Assembly: GCA_964585425.1 (NCBI GenBank)
Contig: CAZPDI010000001.1
Location: forward strand, 4,804 to 68,803
Direction of reading: 5' to 3'
DNA: 64,000 nt
DNA from: an uncultured Candidatus Saccharibacteria bacterium
Lineage (GTDB): Bacteria > Patescibacteriota > Saccharimonadia > UBA4664 > CAYXHD01
Shown here: positions 39,316 to 44,944 of the stretch, in pieces
How the letters are laid out: every line of letters begins with the position of its first letter
Position numbering within the stretch: position 1 is the stretch's first letter
Made by a program: the position numbers and the translations under genes
The notes under the pieces: generated by a model
What the model was told of the DNA's origin: nothing
The model's input: only the letters and a program-made list of their open reading frames with translations
Database searches by the model: none

Positions 39316-39942
39316 CTACCAGTCGAAGTATTTCTCAATTTCGGCATGCAGTACGGCTAACGGATCTTGATCATCCGTATGCTTAGCATCTTCCGGGGCA
39401 GCAGCATCGGCTTTATTCTTTGGCTTAGCCTTGGGTCGCTTCTTTTTATAGGCCAAGGTGCTTTTGAGGTTGTTCATAAAATGGAGGTAAGGCTCAAACA
39501 TTTCTTCTTTATACAGGGCCGAGTATTTATTTCGATTCGGTATGATGAGCGTTTCAAGCTTGTCTTGTTCTATAAAGTACTTCACCAAGCACTGGAAGTC
39601 GCCGTCACCGCTTATCACAATTGCTTTATCGTATTTGTCATAATCTATCATGGCCTGCAGCACCAGCTCGGCGTCACAGTTACCCTTGGTGGTGCCGTCT
39701 TTATGCTCGATAGTCGGTTTATAAATACATACAAAACCGGCCGCCTCCAAGGTGTTATAGAGGTCTTCGTGCCCCTCAATAAAACCCACAAAAATATAGG
39801 CCTTCACCACGTTGTAATTTTCGGCTAGATAGGCTCGGAAACGCTTATGATCAAGCGGCCAGCCCATTTCGCGAATGGAGAGGTTGAGGTTTTGACTATC
39901 GATAAATGCATAATTGCCGAGCTGGTCGGTCTTGGGTTCCAT
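39316..39942 (-). CDS. NYN-domain (LabA/DUF88-like) protein with a Lys-rich C-terminal tail
   Basis: 208 aa. FIDSQNL..GNCDAELV..ISGDGDFQCLV matches the LabA-like NYN pattern. The tail reads KKKRPKAKPKNK. Confidence 0.65.
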   Translation of the reverse strand: MEPKTDQLGNYAFIDSQNLNLSIREMGWPLDHKRFRAYLAENYNVVKAYIFVGFIEGHEDLYNTLEAAGFVCIYKPTIEHKDGTTKGNCDAELVLQAMIDYDKYDKAIVISGDGDFQCLVKYFIEQDKLETLIIPNRNKYSALYKEEMFEPYLHFMNNLKSTLAYKKKRPKAKPKNKADAAAPEDAKHTDDQDPLAVLHAEIEKYFDW

Positions 39943-39977
39943 GCAAAGATTGTATCACATACAGCCCCTCATTGCTA

Positions 39978-40006
39978 TTGCATTATGTCGCAAAATATGA
40001 TTAAAT
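39978..40006 (+). promoter_or_regulatory. Candidate promoter of GC-rich unit 3a
   Basis: TTGCAT (39978-39983), a 17-nt spacer, then TTAAAT (40001-40006) with TG two nt upstream. The aaatNtgaTTAAAT block is shared with the unit 3b promoter. Confidence 0.5.
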
Positions 40007-40040
40007 AGTATGGTTCTGCTACCTATCCCTAAGGATTCCA

Positions 40041-40415
40041 ATGAATGCACCTGCCCGTCCCATGCCCGACATCACCGATGTGGAGCTGACCAAGAAGATC
40101 ATCGATGAACGTGTGAAGCACCACAACCTGCGCCATGAAGATGGTGAAGCGATCTGGATGGTAGTCACGGCCATCGGTCATGCCATCAAGATCGGTGATC
40201 CTCAGTACAGCCCGATGATCGACCGCAACGTCACGGGGCTGCGCAACGAGGCGAGGCCAGGCGAAGTTCCGGTCATCTTGCTGTCCGACCTGAACCGCAT
40301 CTTCTGTGACGACACGTTGATACGCGAGCTGCAGCGGGTGTTCCCGAGCATCGTCAATGATGCGGCGCGCGTTGCCTGCTGGAAGTTCCGCAACTGCATG
40401 TACGGATGCGACTGA
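40041..40415 (+). CDS. GC-rich ORFan, 124 aa (variable partner of module copy 1)
   Basis: ATG follows the SD TAAGGA. GC3-rich codons. It ends in the junction GAC TGA TC ATG. Confidence 0.55.
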   Translation: MNAPARPMPDITDVELTKKIIDERVKHHNLRHEDGEAIWMVVTAIGHAIKIGDPQYSPMIDRNVTGLRNEARPGEVPVILLSDLNRIFCDDTLIRELQRVFPSIVNDAARVACWKFRNCMYGCD

Positions 40416-40417
40416 TC

Positions 40418-40627
40418 ATGCGCCTTCGGATCCCCTGGCGCAAGCAAACCGTGCCGCCGCCACCCGCGACTGTCGCGATGAAGGCTGCGCCCCTGGTGCC
40501 GCCACCTCATCGCCGGATGACGGCCGAAGAACGCGCTGCGTGCTGCCAAGATCAGAGGAAGATCAAGCTGCGTGCTGCCAAGCGTTGTCGGCGCAAGGCC
40601 CGAAAGCGCCGACTGCGCAACAAGTAA
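40418..40627 (+). CDS. Pro-rich / strongly basic mini-protein, 69 aa (conserved partner, copy 1)
   Basis: The start was set at ATG 40418, matching the paralog junction TGATCATG; the track start is 40406. It shares the core VAMKxAPLxPPPxRRMTAEERAA and a K/R tail with ORF 42234..42467. Confidence 0.55.
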   Translation: MRLRIPWRKQTVPPPPATVAMKAAPLVPPPHRRMTAEERAACCQDQRKIKLRAAKRCRRKARKRRLRNK

Positions 40628-40647
40628 CCCCCGTGAGGCGGATCGCC

Positions 40648-40680
40648 GAAAGGTCCCTCTTGCGGGGGATCTTTCGTTAT
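40648..40680 (+). terminator. Terminator hairpin, divergent copy of the conserved island-3 terminator
   Basis: GAAAGGTCCC-tcttgcg-GGGATCTTTC followed by GTTAT. Confidence 0.55.
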
Positions 40681-40687
40681 GGTGATA

Positions 40688-40716
40688 TTGATTTATACCT
40701 GTAAATGTGATTAAAT
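40688..40716 (+). promoter_or_regulatory. Candidate promoter of GC-rich unit 3b
   Basis: TTGATT (40688-40693), a 17-nt spacer, then TTAAAT (40711-40716) with upstream TG. Confidence 0.5.
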
Positions 40717-40750
40717 TTCCCTATTCCGTTTCGAGTCCAAAGGAGAGACC

Positions 40751-40984
40751 ATGACGGACGCACATGCCACGGCCGTCTCCACGGTCTATTTTTGGCTCGA
40801 GTACGAGTTGGGTATCGATAATCCTGATCACGTTGAACTGACCATGATTATCGAGAATGGCTGGCTGCGCTATCGGTGCCCGGCCCACGACATCACCCCG
40901 CTTGAAATCGCCCGCCTCGAAGCTGCCTGCCGGCACCACGCCCATTCTCTTGAAGTGCACCTGAACCTGGAGGTTCAATCATGA
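40751..40984 (+). CDS. GC-rich ORFan, 77 aa
   Basis: ATG follows the SD AAAGGAGAG. ATGA overlap at 40981-40984 couples it to the next ORF. Confidence 0.5.
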   Translation: MTDAHATAVSTVYFWLEYELGIDNPDHVELTMIIENGWLRYRCPAHDITPLEIARLEAACRHHAHSLEVHLNLEVQS

Positions 40985-41733
40985 TTGTCCACAAGCACGA
41001 CATCGATACCGCAGCTCGTCTGGCCGCCAAAGAGCGGTTCATGAACGAGTCATGGCTGGATGATCGCAAGGTGCGATCATGGTTCGCTTGGCTCGGTATC
41101 CGTCCTGACGGTCATCAAGCATTGCGCATCTTGCGCGCTGTGCATGCCACGGCTGCCACCGTGCGTGAGTACAAGATCCACCATCGCCACACGCGCTTCG
41201 GTCGAACGATGCGCCTGCAGCGCCGGCTCCCACCGTGGCCCGCCAAGTACGCGGATACCCCGGTCATCAATGCCGCGCAGATGCTGCTGGTGACTCAGCG
41301 CACGGACTACATCCACCTCACGGAGCTGACGCGACCAATTACGGGTACCAGTTATCGGCACGGCGACAATCGACGCGTCGATATGGAAACGTGCAAGATG
41401 TTCCTGGAGAACGTGCAGAGCAAGTTCATGCGCGAAGCCGTTTGGTCAGATGAGTTGGTATGTATCGAGAGCTTTGCGCGGCTCGGCCTGACGCCCGATG
41501 AGCTGCTGGTGGCCGAGATGGCTCTGATCCGTCTGATGAGTAGGTATCGGCACGAAAAGGGGCTTACCTGGTATCTGATGCCGACCTATGGCAGCCGGAG
41601 CCGCCGCTTGCACACCCTCACCATGGGTGATTTCTTGAACATCACCCGATTTCTCCAACCCAACTATGGCGACACCGACATGGAGTTTCTCATGACGCTG
41701 GCCGATCGTCTGCGTTCGCGACTTGCGACCTGA
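40981..41733 (+). CDS. GC-rich ORFan, 250 aa, Arg/His-rich
   Basis: Translationally coupled to the 77-aa ORF. No motif recognised. Confidence 0.55.
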   Translation: MIVHKHDIDTAARLAAKERFMNESWLDDRKVRSWFAWLGIRPDGHQALRILRAVHATAATVREYKIHHRHTRFGRTMRLQRRLPPWPAKYADTPVINAAQMLLVTQRTDYIHLTELTRPITGTSYRHGDNRRVDMETCKMFLENVQSKFMREAVWSDELVCIESFARLGLTPDELLVAEMALIRLMSRYRHEKGLTWYLMPTYGSRSRRLHTLTMGDFLNITRFLQPNYGDTDMEFLMTLADRLRSRLAT

Positions 41734-41753
41734 TCTCGACACATACCCTCGCG

Positions 41754-41796
41754 GGGGCTTTTCTACGGAAAGGTCCCTGCGGGGGATCTTTCGTTT
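41754..41796 (+). terminator. Conserved 43-nt terminator element, copy A
   Basis: The element reads GGGGCTTTTCTACGGAAAGGTCCCTGCGGGGGATCTTTCGTTT. It contains the mini-hairpin CTTTTC-tacg-GAAAGG plus a 10-bp stem GAAAGGTCCC/GGGATCTTTC and a T-rich tail. Confidence 0.65.
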
Positions 41797-41801
41797 ATAG
41801 C

Positions 41802-41830
41802 TTGCAATATCAATACTTTAAATGTATAAT
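41802..41830 (+). promoter_or_regulatory. Candidate promoter of GC-rich unit 3c
   Basis: TTGCAA (41802-41807), a 17-nt spacer, then TATAAT (41825-41830) preceded by TG. Confidence 0.65.
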
Positions 41831-41859
41831 TTGTAAATCCGTACGACCAAGGAGTACCC

Positions 41860-42231
41860 TTGACCGAAGCCAATACCCTACCCAAGGCCGATGCCAGCGT
41901 CAAGCTGTCCGACGACATCATCGCAAGCTGCTACGAGGGCTGCGATCCCCGTGAGTCCGATCGAGCTCGCGGCTGCATCGCCGCCCTCAAGGACCTGCTA
42001 CGGCTCGCCGAGAAGACGCCGAACGACGCGCGCTACCAGGAGATCCGGGAGTTCGACGCCGACACCCTGACCGTTGGCCAGTTCATCACCCTGATGTACC
42101 TGCCGGCGATGTCGCCGAATCAGCCCCGCCAGCTGATGCGCAACGTGCGTAGCAACTGGGGGCGACTCAACCAGCGAGTTCTCATCGAGCTGCGAGACAA
42201 GCTGGATGAGCGCTACGAGCCCCAGGACTGA
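41860..42231 (+). CDS. GC-rich ORFan, 123 aa (variable partner of module copy 2)
   Basis: TTG start 5 nt after the SD AAGGAG. It ends in the same GAC TGA TC ATG junction as 40041..40415, but the two proteins show no visible similarity. Confidence 0.5.
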   Translation: MTEANTLPKADASVKLSDDIIASCYEGCDPRESDRARGCIAALKDLLRLAEKTPNDARYQEIREFDADTLTVGQFITLMYLPAMSPNQPRQLMRNVRSNWGRLNQRVLIELRDKLDERYEPQD

Positions 42232-42233
42232 TC

Positions 42234-42467
42234 ATGGGCATCTGGAACTCTCGGCGCAAGAAGACGACACCACCGCCACCTCCTCCTGCACCTCCTCCGC
42301 CGCCCGCGGCTGTCGCGATGAAGACTGCACCACTGGCGCCGCCACCGCGTCGCCGAATGACGGCCGAAGAACGCGCCGCTCTCAAGCTGCCCAAAGTGAA
42401 GGCCCGGCAGCGCCTGGCCAAGAACCGACGCGCCAAGGTCAGGAAGCGCAAGCACAAGAAGTCCTGA
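42234..42467 (+). CDS. Pro-rich / strongly basic mini-protein, 77 aa (conserved partner, copy 2)
   Basis: Paralog of 40418..40627. It contains PPPPPPAPPPPPAAVAMKTAPLAPPPRRRMTAEERAA and the tail KARQRLAKNRRAKVRKRKHKKS. Confidence 0.6.
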   Translation: MGIWNSRRKKTTPPPPPPAPPPPPAAVAMKTAPLAPPPRRRMTAEERAALKLPKVKARQRLAKNRRAKVRKRKHKKS

Positions 42468-42479
42468 TCGCGCCCCTGT

Positions 42480-42523
42480 GGGGACTTTTCTACGGAAAGG
42501 TCCCTGCGGGGGATCTTTCGTTT
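42480..42523 (+). terminator. Conserved 44-nt terminator element, copy B
   Basis: The element reads GGGGACTTTTCTACGGAAAGGTCCCTGCGGGGGATCTTTCGTTT. It is identical to copy A except for one inserted base. Confidence 0.65.
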
Positions 42524-42534
42524 TTAAATGAGAA

Positions 42535-42558
42535 AGACCCAGGATTTCTCCTAGGTCT
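42535..42558 (-). terminator. Hairpin with GAAA tetraloop terminating the minus-strand 143-aa cassette
   Basis: On the minus strand: AGACCTAGGA-gaaa-TCCTGGGTCT, a 10-bp stem with one G-U pair, followed by TTCTCATTT. Confidence 0.55.
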
Positions 42559-42603
42559 AGGGGCCAGGGATTCGACTACCCTGCACCCCCATCCACAACC
42601 TGT

Positions 42604-43035
42604 TCACGCCTGCATATCAGGCGGCAAGGTGAAGGCGTCAGGGTACGAGATGACCAGATCATTATCGTTCAACGGATAGATCGCGCCCCAGTCCGTAAGC
42701 ACGAACCGTTCGCAGAACGTCTGATCCACAGCACGAGCATACGCTGGTATATCACGCAGATCGTCTTTCGTCAGCTCTTGCCCCCAGTAAAAGGTCCCTT
42801 TGTCATGAGAGTTGTGAGTAACGACCTTGTCATCAGGACATATGAATGTGTAGATCTCTGTGAAATCAAAGCCGATAGCCCCTTGCTGGTGCTTAACCCC
42901 GAGAGGGTCACGGCCTGCCGTGACGATGGCATCAACTCGAGACAACACGCCAGTCGGGTATATGTAGCGAGCCACCAACAACTTGGTGGCGACCACGTCG
43001 ATGTGCTTGGTCTGGCTTTCACCCTCGGTATCCAT
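42604..43035 (-). CDS. ORFan, 143 aa, intermediate GC, own promoter and terminator
   Basis: ATG follows the leader ..CCAACCAACGAAGGGG, which carries the SD. No motif recognised. Confidence 0.5.
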   Translation of the reverse strand: MDTEGESQTKHIDVVATKLLVARYIYPTGVLSRVDAIVTAGRDPLGVKHQQGAIGFDFTEIYTFICPDDKVVTHNSHDKGTFYWGQELTKDDLRDIPAYARAVDQTFCERFVLTDWGAIYPLNDNDLVISYPDAFTLPPDMQA

Positions 43036-43076
43036 GATGCGCCCCTTCGTTGGTTGGACTTGAAAAGGATAGTTGC

Positions 43077-43105
43077 ATAATACTCCCGGCAGTTCACTGC
43101 CGCAA
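43077..43105 (-). promoter_or_regulatory. Candidate promoter of the 143-aa cassette
   Basis: On the minus strand: TTGCGG (43105-43100), a 17-nt spacer, then TATTAT (43082-43077). Confidence 0.45.
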
Positions 43106-43119
43106 GAGTAAGCGGTTTA

Positions 43120-43545
43120 CTAGAGCCCCTCTATAAATGTCTCGATAAAGCTATTCAGCTTGCTGCCAACTCGAGTAATGATCGAGTCTCGCTCCAAAAT
43201 CTTGGGCTTAGCTATTAATGTAGCGGCAATCTCATTGCGGCGTGGCTTGCGGCCAGTGAATAAGTAATCGTTAATCAGTTTTTGCAATTCATCGGTCATT
43301 AGACCTTCTTCAACACACATGGCCTCAAAAGCTTTAGCGCGCTCGACATTCCAGAACGAATCAAACTCACCAGCTACATCTTCAGGATTCTCGATCTTGG
43401 GTAGCGATCGGGCAATAAATTTCTCAATCAGCTCGCGCTTGCTACGCAGCACGGCATTGCCCATAAGCGTGTTATTAAGATTATCGATTATCTGAGCTTT
43501 TTTTGATCTTCCGACATAACCCCTCGCTTTGTGTCTATTGTACAC
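43120..43545 (-). pseudogene. hsdR: Fragment resembling the C-terminal domain of a type I restriction enzyme R subunit (EcoR124-type HsdR)
   Basis: 141 aa. LRSKRELIEKFIARSLPKI..FDSFWNVERAKAFEAMCVEEGL..LINDYLFTGRKP..KLNSFIETFIEGL matches my memory of the HsdR C-terminal domain. The helicase and nuclease body is absent. Confidence 0.55.
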
Positions 43546-43577
43546 GTTTTCTTCTAATGTTTATATCTGTCGCCATC

Positions 43578-43606
43578 TTGACATATCGCTTGTGCTAGCA
43601 TATTAT
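43578..43606 (+). promoter_or_regulatory. Strong orphan promoter in the hsdR-fragment / NYN intergenic gap
   Basis: TTGACA (43578-43583), a 17-nt spacer, then TATTAT (43601-43606). Confidence 0.6.
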
Positions 43607-43612
43607 ACGTAT

Positions 43613-43690
43613 ATCCAATGGTTGTACCATTCAACTGTCGGGGAATTACATCCGAGAGCGACCTTCTTTAAAGAGGGTCGTTATTTTTTT
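43613..43690 (+). ncRNA. Candidate small RNA of about 78 nt (promoter to intrinsic terminator, no convincing ORF)
   Basis: Downstream of the promoter above lie an internal hairpin AATGGT-tgt-ACCATT and a terminator CGACCTTCT-ttaa-AGAGGGTCG (43659-43680). The run TTATTTTTTT follows. Confidence 0.4.
43659..43690 (+). terminator. Intrinsic terminator (plus-strand orientation)
   Basis: A 9-bp stem with one G-U pair, loop TTAA, then TTATTTTTTT. It overlaps the stop codon of the minus-strand NYN gene. Confidence 0.6.
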
Positions 43691-44229
43691 GCGCGGTACA
43701 CCAGCGGCTTGCCCCAAATATCCTCACTTATTCTCAAAATATCAATGTAGCCATCGCCCCCTGTAAGAAGTTCACTAGATACATTATTTTTAGATGATAC
43801 AATATATACTTTTTTATCACGATTGCGGATAAAACTCACAAGTTCGAGGAAGTCTGAGTCGCCACTAAACAGGACGGCCACATCGTACGAATTGACTAGG
43901 GCTACAGCATCAATGGTAAGCTCAACATCCATATTACCCTTTTCAATAATTAATCCACTACCAGTTTTTATCTGCTTGAGTGGTTTTTTGCGGACTATAT
44001 ATCCCATTCTTTTTTGCAGTGCAGTGTAGAAAGAATGCTTATTCGAAACACTATACTCTCGAGTACCAACCTCGGGATAGGCATCATAATAGTAAATCTC
44101 TAATACACTTGCATGGTATTTTACTTTCAGATAGTTTTTGAGTTTTTTCATATCTAAAAGAACCCCTTTGGTCTTTTGGGCCTGCCAGAGATTAGAGGCA
44201 TCAATAAAAACGTGAACTCTTTTATTCAT
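43681..44229 (-). CDS. NYN-domain (LabA/DUF88-like) protein
   Basis: The start was moved to Met19 (44229). VHVFIDASNL..GNMDVELT..FSGDSDFLELV matches the LabA-like NYN pattern. Confidence 0.65.
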   Translation of the reverse strand: MNKRVHVFIDASNLWQAQKTKGVLLDMKKLKNYLKVKYHASVLEIYYYDAYPEVGTREYSVSNKHSFYTALQKRMGYIVRKKPLKQIKTGSGLIIEKGNMDVELTIDAVALVNSYDVAVLFSGDSDFLELVSFIRNRDKKVYIVSSKNNVSSELLTGGDGYIDILRISEDIWGKPLVYRAKK

Positions 44230-44393
44230 ATCATTAATTATACGGTATTTGTTCGGTATTAGTCGAGGCCGTAATGTCCCCACCGTGTCCGTTCTTCAAA
44301 GTGGGGTTTTTGAGCTCGAGAAAGTCGATGATGGGTTGGATACCTACCTTGGCCGAAGTAGTAACTTCTAGGCCTTTATCATTTATGTAGTGC

Positions 44394-44422
44394 TTGCTTT
44401 TTTATAAGTTTTATGCTAGTAT
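44394..44422 (+). promoter_or_regulatory. Candidate promoter of GC-rich cassette 4
   Basis: TTGCTT (44394-44399), a 17-nt spacer, then TAGTAT (44417-44422). Confidence 0.45.
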
Positions 44423-44457
44423 ATACGCATCTTGGCCGTCTAGCAAAAGGAAACATC

Positions 44458-44868
44458 ATGCCAAGCGCACAGACCATCCTCCCTCTGACCGCCGAACAGG
44501 TGGCCATGCCCGTGACCGCTGCCATCCTCACCACGGAGGACATCATCGGCGACCACGGGAGGTACCCGAAGGACATCGCTCACAGCTTGTCCACCATCTG
44601 CGAGTTCCTGCAGGAGGTCAAGCGGGAGGTCAAGCAGAGTCCAAGGGCCTACCTCGGCTGGTTGGAGTTGGCGGATGAGAACGGGGTGCGCTTCAGCGAG
44701 CGCGATTACCCCAGCATCACCGCAGGGTTCCTCCTGGCCGTGATGGAATCCAGCGCCGCCTGGGGCACCGTGATGAAGCACGGTCCGGAGGACTACTGCT
44801 TCGAGCAGCTGAACATGCTGAGGACGGCGGTCTACGCCCTCCTCTTCAAGCGGTCGCTGGCTGGCTGA
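44458..44868 (+). CDS. GC-rich ORFan, 136 aa
   Basis: The start was moved to ATG 44458, behind the SD AAAAGGAAA; the track start 44413 lies in the promoter. No motif recognised. Confidence 0.55.
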   Translation: MPSAQTILPLTAEQVAMPVTAAILTTEDIIGDHGRYPKDIAHSLSTICEFLQEVKREVKQSPRAYLGWLELADENGVRFSERDYPSITAGFLLAVMESSAAWGTVMKHGPEDYCFEQLNMLRTAVYALLFKRSLAG

Positions 44869-44893
44869 GGTTCTTCCTCCGCCAGCACCACGC

Positions 44894-44940
44894 CCCACTC
44901 GGGGTCTTCTACGGAAGACTCCGAGTGGGTTTTTCGTTTA
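44894..44940 (+). terminator. Intrinsic terminator with C(UACG)G tetraloop closing cassette 4
   Basis: CCCACTCGGGGTCTTC-tacg-GAAGACTCCGAGTGGG forms a 16-bp stem with one G-U pair, followed by TTTTTCGTTTA. It is convergent with typA. Confidence 0.75.
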
Positions 44941-44944
44941 TGCC

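Noticed and set aside
42255-42330. Proline-codon tract (CCACCGCCACCTCCTCCTGCACCTCCTCCGCCGCCC) as a possible slippage-prone simple-sequence contingency locus.
   Set aside because: The tract is an imperfect mixture of CCN codons rather than a homopolymer or perfect short tandem repeat. The paralog at 40440-40470 has a different, shorter tract. Ordinary low-complexity coding sequence is the simpler explanation.
42559-42592. tRNA-like T-arm string (GGGGCCAGGGATTCGACTACCCTGCACCCCCA) that could mark a tRNA-derived att site at the edge of island 3.
   Set aside because: The stem CAGGG/CCCTG encloses a 9-nt loop rather than the 7-nt TTCGAAT-type loop. No acceptor, D or anticodon arms can be built. 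The region is better explained as part of the 3' UTR and terminator region of the minus-strand 143-aa ORF.
10372-44457. N-terminal extensions given by the ORF track for cassette ORFs (starts at 10372, 11306, 30074 and 44413; also 40406, 7261, 56622 and 57693).
   Set aside because: The extensions run through the AT-rich promoter hexamers and have no SD. Internal ATG or GTG codons sit 5-9 nt after clear SD sequences, exactly where composition switches to GC-rich.
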